From: Octopus vulgaris
Lineage: Eukaryota
Reading direction: 5' to 3'
Assembly (NCBI GenBank): GCA_951406725.2
Contig: OX597832.1
Span: forward strand, 32,798,001-32,862,000
Length of the DNA: 64,000 nt
A program made the translations under genes and the position numbers. Under the pieces are notes generated by a model that saw nothing but the letters and a program-made list of their open reading frames with translations, was not told the DNA's origin and made no database searches. Below are positions 9,926 to 23,899 of this stretch, one piece after another. The number at the start of each line of letters is the position of its first letter. The stretch's first letter is position 1.

Positions 9926-12900
9926 GTTTAATGAATGTGTGGTTCAGGAATCCACCAGGGGAAACAATGCCTTCTCTGGGGATTTGCACAACGTGTGAAT
10001 AATTGTATGTATATATATTTAAGTCCCTATAACTTGCGATGAAATAATACCAAACTGAAACTATAACTTCTCGAGTCCGACTAAACCCTCCAGAATTGCG
10101 CTCCATCATGGAAGCAGTATAATGACTGTGTCAAGTTAAATGTAAAAGAGTAGAAGATAATTCTAACTCAAATATCTCACTTTCAGCCGATTCGTTTCCT
10201 TTCATCAACTTTCCTGGCATTGACTCTTGAAAAATTACTTCCAGCAGTTTTTCTTTGATTTTTTTTTATTCCTTGGTTCTTTTGCTATTCTCTTATTTTC
10301 ATATAAACAACAGCGGTACCATGAAAGTTGTTTATTTAAATGTTTGCCTCATTGGGACTAAGCGACCCCCAGTAGAATATTTCTATATGTATATATATAT
10401 ATATATCTATATGTATATATATATATCTGCCTGTGCGTGTTTTGTGTATGCATGTTTATGTGTGTGTATGCATATGTATGAGTGTGCGTGATTGAGTGAG
10501 TGTGTGTGTTTGCGTAAGGGTATGATTTGTTTACGTACAATTCATTTACGTTGTCTCTAGTGCGGGGGAAATATTGGTATTAATATTTATCGGTAAAACA
10601 ATCCAATAATTTTTCTGCTCTGACGTTTGCCAATTCGTTCTGAGATTTTTATATTACTCCACAAACATTTATGTATGATTCAAGTCATTTTATCTCAATG
10701 TGCAGAAGGAAAGTTCCTGGAATGAATTCATTCATAATAAATGACAAAACTACATATCAACATTTCTTGCGCTGGAAATAAGAGAAAATATTTTGCAAAT
10801 GACCGACATTTACTTGGTGAGAATCTGAAATTAACTTATCAATTTTCTACGGATCCGATCGCTAGCGGTGAGCGTATTTTGAAAATGTTTTGCAATTAAG
10901 CGATTTACGCAATTAAGCAGAATCCACCGTACGAATGATTTTATGTTCAAATGTACAACAATAATTATGATGATCGCTCTAATCAAAAGCGAATGGATGA
11001 AAAGTTAGGAACGGATTATTGAGTGTCTTATCAAATCTTTAAAGCTTCACTTAGTCTTGGAACCAATTCATTATCTTGGAACCAATTCATTGGAAATTGG
11101 TTACATTGAAATGTTTCTTTGCTGGGAGCGTTTCAATATATTTCGATAAATTCTCGCCTTTGCTGAATTGTAATCTAGTATTAAGGTTATTAAGAAAATC
11201 CTGTAACATTGATAACATGTGAATTATCTGGATGTAGCGAAGCGAGATTAATTAGTAATTATTTCTGCGTAAATAAAAACAGAGCTGCCAGGTCCAAAGG
11301 AGAATGGCAACAACTTGAGTGGAAAATGTTGTTATTGTTGTTGTTGTTGTTGTAATTTAGTTTTATGGTAACTCTGATTGAACAAGAGCGTTCCATAAGT
11401 GACCACCACGACTTTTCAAAAATATATATAGCTTACTTTTTAAATAAGAGATATGTTTAAGATAGTTTCAGCAGGCATGTCTCTCGAAATAAGAAAACAA
11501 CCAGCACACTAGCTCAGATCCCGGTCAACGGAACTCGAAGCGGTTAATATCGCTATCCAAAAACCAACCCTCACTGGTTAAATGCACTTAAAATGTCCAA
11601 TAACAAAATCGTTTCTTTTTTCTCTGTTCGTAACGGTAGAACTCGAAGTAGCTAAACTCATACATAACAGCCTGTAAAACACTTTGGATAGAAGACTGCA
11701 TACAACACTGCTATATATTATAGAAGCCATCGAATTTAACGGCCATGGTGACACATCTCGAAACACATTCCATTGATTTTACTGAAGTTGTAATGTTCAT
11801 GCATATCTTATCTATATTAAGAGACGATCGGAGAAGCATCACAGCATATCACAATTTGATTACTGAGTGCTATATTGAAGTGCGTATATGTTATCAGGAG
11901 TTAACAGAACGTTGATATCATAATATATTAATTAGGTACCATTGGTGAGGCTATCATGGATGCATTCACCCGTTTGCTCTACCTGGAAGAAATAGTAACT
12001 AAAATTCCCTTAAATGCACGTTGCATACCGTTTCAAGCATAAAGTGAATGTTAGGAGATGCATGTCCAAATAAATATTTCTCATATTCCCGCGACTAAAA
12101 ATTGTTAGTGGGCGGATTTTGCTATAAATGTTGACATCAACACTTGACTGTTCATCTATTTAATTAACTTGGATAAATGAAGAAAAGTCGGTGACAAAGG
12201 AGCGTTTCAATTCTGGCAGCACAAAGCCACAACAAATATCGCGCGGCATTTCCCCACACTGCTTACCAGAAATAATGCTACGCCTCAGGAGACAACGGCA
12301 TCGTTAAAAATGGGAATAAATTTGAGCAATGATCTGATGGGTCAGAACTAAATTCTAGACATAAAAATGGCCATTCGACTGAGCGAAGGAAGCATCACAT
12401 ACATCACCTATATTTTCCTGAGGTGTTCGTCGCCGTCGTCGTCGTCTTATTCTTTGTTACTGTTGTCAGCATGGAGACTACACTCGCCCGTTGTCATCAG
12501 CGTGACGGGCTCTAATAATGAGGAAGATTCTATCATCATTGTCATCCTCATCTTCAAATCACCAGCAGTATAACCGTCATCATTATTATCAAGATTATTG
12601 GAATCATTGTAACCACCATCGACTTTGTCTCTTCATCGTCATATCACCACTACCACCACCACCACTATCATGATGATTATCATCATCATCGTCGTCGTCA
12701 TCATTCTTCAGTAGTCCTCACTCCACCATCACCACCAAGATCCATTTACACGATTTTGCTCCAAAGTTGAACTTTATCTAATTTACCAACTTTATTTCAA
12801 CATCTCAACAATATAACATTCTTCGTATTCATCTGTAAAATTTCTATTGTCATCTATCTCTTACTCTCTCTCTCTCTCTCTTACTCTCTCTCTCTCTCTT

Positions 12901-12932
12901 ACTCTTCTCTCTTTCTCTGTCTTTTACTCCTC

Positions 12933-12974
<42 letters not shown>

Positions 12975-14049
12975 AGAAATCAATACCACACCTACGTAAC
13001 ACTTCCGTGTATTAACAATTGACACTCGAAACACACAATTATTCAGTCGCTTTTTGCACCAACTCTAAAGAAATTGTATTAAATTTCTTCACCTCCAACG
13101 GATTGTTTACCTTTCTAATATGTTCTCTAATGCCAGATACAATTCCTGTTTCTTCACTGATCCGTTTATGTTTAAGTATCATCAATAACTTTTCAGAAAT
13201 CTGCTTTCTAATTAATGGGAAACAGATTTGTCTTTGGTTTGCTTGAAGGTAAAGTCTTAGAATTTGGTGCGAAGTAATGGCATGGCGTCATTAATCTCGT
13301 TACCGTAGGCATTTAATGAAAGTTTAAAATTCTGATTAACGGTTAAACAAAGAAATTTAGAGCGAAAGAGACTGCGTTGACGCTTCCAGTGTCTTTTTCA
13401 TCATTCCAGATGACGGAATGGTGATGCTTATAATTATCAGGTAATTGAGATCTACGCAGATTGCTGCGAAAATTCGCAGAAAGATAGACAAATAAATACG
13501 CTGGATTTCATTAATGATTTCAAGTTGGCTTTGACGAAGTGACATATCATTTAAAACATAATTGATGGCCACTGGTTTTATACAAGTTCAAACTGTCGTC
13601 TCCAGTCGAATCGAAAGTTTACAGATAGAATTTATTTATTTATTTTATATAATTATTCAAGAAGAATTCAATTTCTTTATCAATTAATTCTAAAAATTAA
13701 AAAAATTCGATACAACAAATAATCTACAGAAGCAAATATGTTTGGGATTCGAAGTGAATATGTTCAAACTCACACACGTAAATAAAAGAAACACGTTATA
13801 TAAACACTCTCTTCTTTTTTTTCTAATTCACCTCTATCCTCCCTCTTCATCTTCTTCTTCACTACCATCACCACCATCCTCTTGATCCCCCTCTACCTTT
13901 TAATTATTTTTTTATTTTCTTCATCTTTTACTTATTTCATCCTTTTTCCTTTTTCTCTTCCTTTTCTTCTTCTTCTCACCAATTTTTCTTCATTGTCTTC
14001 ATATCACCCAAAGAAGTACTTGTAAAAAAGACACAAGGAAAATATGTTT

Positions 14050-14420
14050 CGAAAGATGAGTCAAAGACACCTACAAGAGAGAACCGGACCTATCATATTA
14101 ACAACTCGATTCTAAATTCAAAAGCCAGACGGTGTTTGTGAATTCCAGAGAATATCAGTTTGCAGAACTAAACTGTATGAAGAAAAGGGTTAATGGGAAG
14201 TCAACAGAGAAACGATGCGGCTTGGAAATGATGCGAGCAACGGTTTTGACCGAGAGTACTGGATGAGGAAATTCCTCAGAGTAATGGCCCTGGAAACATA
14301 TTGGAAAGACACGGCGATATGTATCGCGGGGATTAGTCGAAGACTGAAACCTAGTACAAAGGAAGGAATTGTCCATGGTAAGAACTCGATTCTGAAGTAA
14401 CAATACAATATAAGAAACGT
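14050..14420 (-). mobile_element. CR1/Jockey-group LINE 3' end, decayed
   Basis: Minus ORF ...CFQGHYSEEFPHPVLSVKTVARIISKPHRFSVDFP, followed by LWNS in another frame, resembles the Y.F.G.CS.EL...H.F.V..P...LWNSL tail. Confidence 0.4.
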
Positions 14421-14666
14421 TGGTATTGAGTTCCATGGAATATCATTTTGAGGAAAGGGCGGGGGGGGGACTCGTTTGGAAAACTTGACGCAAAAACAAG
14501 AACACTCGGTGAATCAGAACAAAGACCAGAATATTTTCAAAAGCCACTATTTACAAAACAGCTATACCACTATTTGTATGACATACATATATATGTCTGT
14601 CTCTGTATGTATGTGTGTATGTATATATATATACATATGTACATATATATATATATACACGCACAT

Positions 14667-14731
<65 letters not shown>

Positions 14732-14757
14732 TCTATATATATCTATCTATCTATCTC

Positions 14758-14834
<77 letters not shown>

Positions 14835-16740
14835 CAAGGTCTTCTTGCTTTACTCTATTTTTCACGGCAACAAGTTCAGAGAGCCTACCACCAAAATTAA
14901 CTCTAGCTTTCATATTCTGATGCAAAACCCTGATCATGTTTTCAAATTTTTCTGGGTAACCTACTTTTGTTAGAATTAGCCAAATTTTTCTGGGTAACCT
15001 ACTTTTGTTAGAATTAGCCAAATTTTTCTGGGTAACCTACTTTTGTTAGAATTAGCCACAGAGCATTTCGATTAACCGTATCGAATGCTTTGTTCAAATC
15101 AACAAAGCTATGATATAAAGCAAGAGTCTGTTCAATGCATTTTTTTCTTGTTTGACAGTAAAGATACATTCAGGTGCGCCCCTGGCGGAGCGAAATTCAC
15201 ACTGAGACACAGACACTATATTTGGAACTATAAAGGTATTTAAACGTTCTAACAAAATGCGGGCAAGTACCTTTCCAACAACAGACGAAAGTGAAATCCC
15301 ATGAAAATTACCACACAGATCCTTTGGCTCCGATTTATACAAGGCGACTAAAATGGCATCAATCCAGTCTCGAGGCACATTCTCAGTTCTCCAACAGTGA
15401 CAATTTAATATATTTAAGAGTTCAAGCATTTTGACATCCCCATATTTCAAGATTTATGTACACATTCCCTCAGACCCTGGGGATTGATTGTTATTCAGCT
15501 TATTCACAGCGAAATAAATGCCGTATAGATTTTGTTCAAATGGCATCTCTTCCATAACTAGGTGTTCAATGTTTTCTATCGTCCTCATGTTAGTAGATGA
15601 TAGTCTAATCAAAAGTGCAGAAAAACATTCTACCTAGCGCCTATGACTAGAAGCGGTGTCAGTCAGAAACAAACGTCCATTTTCAGTTCTCACTGGAGCT
15701 ATTGAAGATTTGGGGCCATATACCTCCTTAACATCAAAGTACAAATCCTTGGCATTATTTCTATCAGCTGCTTTTTTTCCATTTCTCTCTATCATTCCGC
15801 CATTCTTGCTTAATTTTTCTTAGAGCAGTCTGCATTTGCCCTATCAACTTTCTGTAAGCTTCGTTTGAGTTGGGGTTCAAAGACTGAAAAAAAGTGTTTT
15901 GACTAAGATTTGTTTTTCTAAAAGTAGATCATGAATTTCTGCTGATCTGAGAACCAGTCAATGGACGTATATAATTTAAATCCCACTGAAAAACTTGCAG
16001 AATGAAATACTTTTCTTTGAAAAATTCCCACAGCATCGTGGAATCTTTTTTTTTGGGGGGGGGTATGGGGGTACCCTAGGACCAGACAGTCGATTTTTAG
16101 GCATTATCGAAATATTTACTTTTGCACGCACTAGAAGGATGTACATTCCAATTCTCTGCTCCTCTCATGGCCCGAACGCTAGAAACGTCTTTCATGTCAC
16201 ATTTTCTGGTCTGAATATAATCTATGAGATGCTAGTGCTTAGATCTTGGGTGCATCCAGGTGGTTTTATATTTATTTTTCTGTTTAAACACAGTATTGAT
16301 GACAACCAGATTATTCTCAGTACAAAACTTCAAAAGAGCTACTCCATTTATATTGCAATTTCCACTCCCATGTCGACCTAAAACAGGCCATGAAACGTAG
16401 TCCATTACAACTCTTGCATTGAAATTTCCCAATATGACCAGCTTGCCAGAAATTGGTACTTTCCTCCATAATTGTGCTAGATCATCATAAAACTGTCCTA
16501 CAGTTTCATCAGAATGGGACATTGTTGGTGCATAAATACTGACAACGGTAAGAAAACTAGATATTATCAGTTTAATACGGCATGACGTGGTTCGTTCAGA
16601 TATACGCCTCGGAAGATCTGCAATGGAGGATACTAATGTATGCTTGAGAGCATACCCAACGCCAGATTCTCTACGCTGACCCTTTAGGTAGGCCTCTCCA
16701 AAAGATAGTATATCCATAAGTGGGTGACGCAATCCTTGTA
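14835..16740 (-). mobile_element. RTE-clade LINE fossil (APE endonuclease plus RT N-terminal half)
   Basis: EN: ESGVGYA, VVSIYAPTM, FYDDL, LVILGNFNARV, GRHGSGNCNING, NTVFKQKNKYKTTWMHPRSKH. RT: WIDAILVALYK, CGNFHGISLSSVVGKVLARILLERL, SQCEFRSARG, GYPEKFENMIRVLHQNMKARV. Multiple stops and frameshifts. Confidence 0.9.
14943..15058. repeat. Perfect 38-bp tandem triplication inside the RTE RT
   Basis: caaatttttctgggtaacctacttttgttagaattagc at 14943, 14981 and 15019. Confidence 0.95.
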
Positions 16741-17132
16741 ACGTTTTGTCTGTTGTAGGAAGACCACAGGAGGGCAGACTTATTCCAACTATGGCCTTAC
16801 CAAAGAATGAAACAGAAGGATGGTAACATCATGTCCTCTGGACCAGAACGTTCTGAGGATTCAGAAGTCCATTCTGTCAGTTATGTTGACTTTTATATTT
16901 ATTACTATCCGACAATATTTTTCTGCAAAGTTTTATCGTGGTTACAATATTTCATAATTGTTTGGTGTTATTTATTAATTTATTTTGGCTTTTCACCTCG
17001 ATTGCAAATCACCTTTACCATTTCTCACCTCTGAATTCCTCTGTCGCTCGTGTGTTATTTACCTAGTTGCGTTTACATATGTACAGACTACGTCTATAGA
17101 TATATATATATATACATATATACACACATATA

Positions 17133-17163
<31 letters not shown>

Positions 17164-17184
17164 CATATATACATATATATATAC

Positions 17185-17236
<52 letters not shown>

Positions 17237-17264
17237 CATATATATATATACATATATATATATG

Positions 17265-17305
<41 letters not shown>

Positions 17306-17819
17306 ATATATATATATATATGAGTATACAAGTGTGAATGTGTGAGTGTATATATGTATATATATATATATACATATATGATAATCCATGTGTGAATGTG
17401 TGAGTATATATATATATAAATATATACAGAAAGTGGGAGACACACACAGATCTTCATATATAAGTATGTATTTATATCTGTGTGTGCGTGCGCGTGTATA
17501 TGTGTCGGTGTGTATATGTGTCTGTGTGTATATGTGTGTGTGTACGTGTGCCCGTGTATAATTGGATATATCCCCCCCTCTCACAACACCAATATTTACC
17601 ATTTATTATGATGCTAATTTTACCCTCAGTAAATATTGACGCTGATTATGAGTCAGTGTCAGACTTCATTGTACACCATATTCTGTTATTCATTTATCAC
17701 AGTATTTATTAGGCATCATTCTGTAGATATTGGACAAATTATCAGGGGGGATATTTATCCTGCAACACCGTTTACGTCTCCAAGTAGACTCAAAGATTAT
17801 TCTTTCATTCATATCTTGT

Positions 17820-18260
17820 CTTTAACATATTTCCCATTTATCTTTTTCGCTTGTTTCATCCATTCGATTGCGGCCATGCTGTAGTACCGCCTAAAAGTTT
17901 TTATTCGAACAAATCCACTTCTGCTTGTATTTTTTAATTACTCTCTCTATATCTATAGGGAGAGAGAGGGAGGGATGAGAGAGAGGGTGAGAGAGGGGTA
18001 AGAGAGAGGGAAAGAGAAAGAGAGGGAGAGGTAGAGAGGAAGAGAGAGAGTAAATTTCAAACGTAGTAGAGCTGTGAAAAACAGCAGAGAAAGATGAGTA
18101 TTTCCGTTTACAGGACGGAAAACCGTTGCCAGCAGGGCGAACTTCCACACAACATTTTTCTACCAAATCCACGCGCAAGCCATTAGTTGCCCCATTAGGT
18201 ACTTGACTTACGGTACCGCCGAGTGGGCTTGATCCTGAAGGAACGGGGTCGCAACTTCCA
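17820..18260 (-). mobile_element. SINE family A, diverged, with internal GA-rich expansion
   Basis: cttgtttcatccattcgattgcggccatgctgtagtaccgcc and ctaccaaatccacgcgcaagcc blocks. Confidence 0.55.
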
Positions 18261-18765
18261 ATTCGCGTTCGAGAATACCAACAAGATTTAGATATAAACC
18301 GTTTCACATCTTCCTCCACTTCCCCACTGCATGGATCTTATATATTTCTTCCTATTTCCTTCCTTCAATTTCCTACTAATTCTTTTTTAATTAATAATGA
18401 ACTAATTAGTTAATTAATGAATAGACCTTTGTTAGTCTTTCAATGCAATTATCTTTGTCTTTTCCTCTTCTTATTGCTTCTCAGTTTCTAAGTATTTAAT
18501 TATAACGTGAACATGTGTGACACTGTGCCTCGTTGTTTTTTGTTCCTCTGTGCAATCTCGTGTAATGTGCATGCATCTGAGAAGTGTCTATCTGTGTGAG
18601 AATTCATATTCATGCCATCGATTGTGATGGTGGTGGTGGTGGCGGTGGTGGTGGCAGTGTGGGCTTGCATTGCTAAACTTCAACGTATGTGTTTGCGTTT
18701 CAGCTTTTGTCTTTGTAATCCTATATATGAGTATATGCATGATTGAATACAAGTATGTATGTGTT

Positions 18766-18830
<65 letters not shown>

Positions 18831-18920
18831 GCAAAATTTAGATTCAGATGAATATTTTGATCATATATATATATATATATATATATATGATCAAAATATT
18901 CATATGAATCTAAATTTTGC
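18831..18920. repeat. Fold-back palindrome centred on (TA)n
   Basis: gcaaaatttagattcagatgaatattttgatca-(TA)n-tgatcaaaatattcatatgaatctaaattttgc; 33-bp arms with one mismatch. Confidence 0.9.
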
Positions 18921-18924
18921 TGAA

Positions 18925-18960
<36 letters not shown>

Positions 18961-20015
18961 GTGTGTGTGTATGTGTATGTATGCACACACATATATACCT
19001 ATCTACATACATAAATACGTACCTACATACAAACATATATACATATACATGTGTGCGCGTGTAAGCATGTGTGTCTATGAATTATTTCAATTATTACTTT
19101 TATTATTCAATTATGTAATCCTTGCAACTACAGAATTCCTTATTCATTACAATTCGTTGATATTTTTGTGCGAACCATTTGAATGATGACGAGTCATTGT
19201 GCGCCATTCTAAAAGGCAACAAAAGACTATGGAAACAGTCTTGTGTTCTATACAATAATCTTCACCTCGGTAGAAAGTCTATTTACCATGTTAATACTGC
19301 AGTTGTGCATCTTCGATTACATTTTAAAATCTTCTTTGACATTGCTAAAACTTGTAGGGTTAGTATTCTATCATTTGCAGCGTAATATATTGGTATGTGG
19401 CATCGTTAACTAAAGTTTTATTGCTGACTAGTTTTATTTTGAAATTTATATTTTAATGTATTTGGGTAACTTAGACAACTACAAGTATATAAAAAAACAT
19501 ACAAAATAGATTCCTCGTGCATGAAAAAGATCTTCACTTGTAGAGGTTTTATCATAATTAGCGAATGAGAATTAAGACTCACTCCAAATGAGAAGGGAAA
19601 ATAATCTCAATTTGCAAGGTTTCTTCGAAGTTGATAATTTCTAAACGAAAAGGATCGGTTTTTGTCTGAATATAAGAGAATAGGCGTAGATGCATGTTTC
19701 TCCCTTAAGAACCATCACTAGCACAACTGTCCAACCTTATCTCCAATAGCCAAGGGACCAACACGTTTACAAACGGAAGTGAAGCAAAATTATAGCTTAA
19801 AGAGAAATAACTGAGAGATCAATGCACTCTGTCTACCCTTTGTAAGCATCTCCAGGTTCACATATGAGTGTTGAACAGAAGTCATCCGTGAATTTACACC
19901 ACCACATTGGGCCGCCAGAGCTTAGTAATATTGTACATTATAAATATAAATATATTGAGTTGTAACATGTTTATAGGTCGTGGGTTCGAAAATACGCTTG
20001 AAATGAAGTCTCAAT

Positions 20016-20145
<130 letters not shown>

Positions 20146-20523
20146 CATTGATATCATTGCTGTTGTTGTTGTTGTTGTTATCATTACCACTTCCATTTGA
20201 AACGCTATTTCTTGATCGGATTGCTTTGCCTCTCAATTGGCTTCTCTGCATTTCTGCATATTTATGGCGTAAACCATTGAAATGAATAATCCAAGAAAGT
20301 TTTATATTTAAGACTTATGCCTCTGCCTAAGGCATCTCCGTGATATGATTGTGAAGAATGAAAACCGAAAAAGCAGCCTCATTGTCTGTATATAAGTAGC
20401 CATCGATTATCGTCAAAGTTAAGCCATAAATTATGTAAACACATACGAAACTTACACAGCCATACCAACAGTTCTTCTACGAGTTTCTCTTAGTGTGTGT
20501 GTGTCAGTGATTCTGTGTGCATA

Positions 20524-20654
<131 letters not shown>

Positions 20655-21164
20655 ACAGGTATCTAACAATCTGTCTCTATGTCTGTCTCTCTGTCTGCCT
20701 ACCTACCTATCTATCTATCTATCTATATATATATATATGTATGTGTGTATGTGTGTGTGTGTATGTATCATATCATACTCACACACACAAATATATATAT
20801 ATATGCGTATATATATATATATTTATATATATATGTATGTGGGTGTTGATAAGTGTTTATGTTTGTGTGTGTGTTCGTGTCTGTGCTTATACAGTGAGGG
20901 GGATAAAGAAAATAGCACACGTATGCACCATGTTTTTCAAAGAAATATTGGAAACCATGCTATAAGGGATAATTTTCAACAAAAGCTCTCTTAATCCGCA
21001 GTGAAGTTGACGTTAAAATATATCAGCGAAATATAGCAAACAGGCCGTGACTGATCCTGTCTTTGTAATTGGTAATTCCTTGTTGATATTGGAGTGGAAT
21101 GAAAATGCAAAAACATGGCCAGAAGTATGAGTTGATATGTATACAATATATAGGATATACATAC

Positions 21165-21235
<71 letters not shown>

Positions 21236-21237
21236 TA

Positions 21238-21280
<43 letters not shown>

Positions 21281-21346
21281 GTGTGTGTGTTTGTGTGTGT
21301 GCTTGTTTGTGTGTTGTTGGATAGATAGATAGATAGATAGATATAT

Positions 21347-21383
<37 letters not shown>

Positions 21384-22069
21384 CAGATAGATAGGTAGAT
21401 AGATAAAATGACAAAAGACCAGAAACCATAAGAGAAATGTAGAAAAATGAAATATAATGCGAAAGAATTTAGATATAATGCAAGGCAAGAATAAAAGCAG
21501 CAATGAAGAAGTAAATATAAAGGAATGAAACTTTAGGAGAATGAGACTTAATGAGAGTAAATAAATTGCTAGAAATGAATGGAAATAGAAAATCTAAAAG
21601 TCAAAGAACGAATGAATAACAGAACGAATAATAAGGATGATAGAAGAAAATAAGTTATGGGAAGTAAAAACAGGAAGAAATGATGAATGAGATTATGAAT
21701 GAAATTAAAAAAAGGCAAGTTTCTGAAAAAAGATAGAAGGAATTTATGATAGAATTAACTGGGTAAAATAATAACAGAAAGGAAGTTAGTAATGAAGAAG
21801 AGAAGGAAGAAATACATAAATCTAAATAGAGAGAGAGGAAAGATAGATGGGAAAGAGTGGCGGATGGAAGGAATGAAGGAATGAAAGACGGAAGGACGGA
21901 GGGAAGGAAGGAAGACAGGTAGGAACTAAGAGCAAGGGAGTAAAATTTCTAAAAAAATAAAAGGACGCCAAAATGGTGGAAATAATAGAAGACAGAGAGT
22001 GTTTTATAACAAACCGTACAAGCTAAGAGAAAATTAATTATACTCAAGAGGATATACGTAATTAATTCG

Positions 22070-22076
22070 AGAAGAA

Positions 22077-22147
<71 letters not shown>

Positions 22148-23148
22148 AGAAGATGAAGAAGAAGAAGATGAAGAAGAAGAAGAAGATGATGATGATGATG
22201 ATGTTTATGTTGATGATGAAGAAGAAGAAGAAGTGGAAGAAGAAGAAGAAGAAGAAGTGGAAGAAGAAGAAGAAGAAGAAGAAGAAGTGGAAGAAGTGGA
22301 AGAAGAAGAAGAAGAAGAAGAAGAAGATGAAGAAGATGAAGAAGATGAAGAAGAAGATGATGATGATGATGATGTTTATGTTGATGATGAAGAAGAAGAA
22401 GAAGTGGAAGAAGAAGAAGAGGAAGAAGTGGAAGAAGAAGAAGAGGAAGAAGAAGAACATGAAGAAGAAGAAGATGATGATGATGATGATGATGTTTATG
22501 TTGATGATGAAGAAGAAGAAGAAGAAGTGGAAGAAGAAGAAGAAGAAGAAGTGAAGAAGAAGAAGAAGAAGAAGAAGATGAAGAAGAAGAAGATGATGAT
22601 GATGATGATGTTTATGTTGATGATGAAGAAGAAGAAGAAGAAGTGGAAGAAGAAGAAGAAGAAGAAGAAGAAGAAGAAGAAGAAGAAGAAGAAGAAGAAG
22701 AAGAAGAAGATGAAGAAGAAGAAGATGATGATGATGATGATGTTTATGTTGATGATGAAGAAGAAGAAGAAGAAGAAGAAGAAGTGGAAGAAGGAGAAGA
22801 AGAAGAAGAATAAAGAAGAAGAAGAAGAAGAAGAAGTGGAAGAAGAAGAAGAAGAAGAAGAAGTGGAAGAAGAAGAAGATGATGATGATGATGATGTTTA
22901 TGTTGATGATGATGAAGAAGAAGAAGAAGTGGAAGAAGAAGAAGAAGAAGAAGTGGAAGAAGAAGTGGAAGAAGAAGAAGAAGAAGAAGTGGAAGAAGAA
23001 GTGGAAGAAGAAGAAGAAGAAGAAGAAGATGATGATGATGATGATGATGTTTATGTTGATGATGAAGAAGAAGAAGAAGAAGAAGAAGTGGAAGAAGAAG
23101 AAGAAGAAGAAGAAGTGGAAGAAGAAGAAGAAGAAGAAGAAGAAGTGG

Positions 23149-23179
<31 letters not shown>

Positions 23180-23211
23180 GGAAGAAGAAGAAGAAGAAGA
23201 AGAAGAAGTGG

Positions 23212-23242
<31 letters not shown>

Positions 23243-23351
23243 GGAAGAAGAAGAAGAAGAAGAAGTGGAAGAAGAAGAAGAAGAAGAAGAAGAAGAAGAA
23301 GAAGAAGAAGAAGAAGAAGAAGAAGAAGAAGAAGAAGAGAAGAAGAAGAAA
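22070..23351 (+). repeat. Higher-order compound (GAA)n/(GAT)n satellite
   Basis: (GAA)n-GTG-(GAA)n-(GAT)n-GTTTATGTTGATGAT units. The marker GTTTATGTTGATGAT occurs 7 times. Confidence 0.9.
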
Positions 23352-23899
23352 TTATTCATTGAAATAAGATATGGAAAATGGAAAGAATGAATGCATAACA
23401 AAAGTAAGAATGATGAAACCTAGAGAAATGGGGAAAAAAAATGTGAAAACTGGAAATATGAGAGAGAATTATTTGGAAGTGTCTGAGTGAAACGAATAGG
23501 GAAAAACATAAGAGCGGTGAAAGGACGACCAGAAGAGATCAACTGATTAGTATAAGGAGGAGGATAAAAAAAGAATATTGTAATAGAACATAAACTGAAA
23601 GATGGCAAATGAAGAATGAATGACACATTAAAGATACAAAGAAGGCGATGGACATATGTGTGTGTGATTGTGTGCATAAAAGTGGTCAAAATAAGAATTG
23701 CTTGATAATATTTCCGTATAAATGGTGGCCATCACTAACGGCTGATTTGTCATGGTTTCAGTCGTCAGTATCTCTTGCAATGTTATTAAGGAAGATTGAT
23801 TAATTTCTGATTTGCAGACTAGATTCAAAGAAATCACAGTATTTGTCCCAGATAATTATAAGACAGAGTGTGTGCAGTTTTATTCTTCTCGAGATTTTT

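Noticed and set aside
17566-17755. Possible MITE with atatcccccc/ggggggatat ends; similar weak TIR pair at 58603-58927
   Set aside because: Inverted similarity is too short or diverged to call without a copy-number search.
22233-23390. 385-aa acidic ORF
   Set aside because: Translation of a GAA/GAT satellite that switches between poly-E and poly-K by frameshift; no splice or domain evidence.
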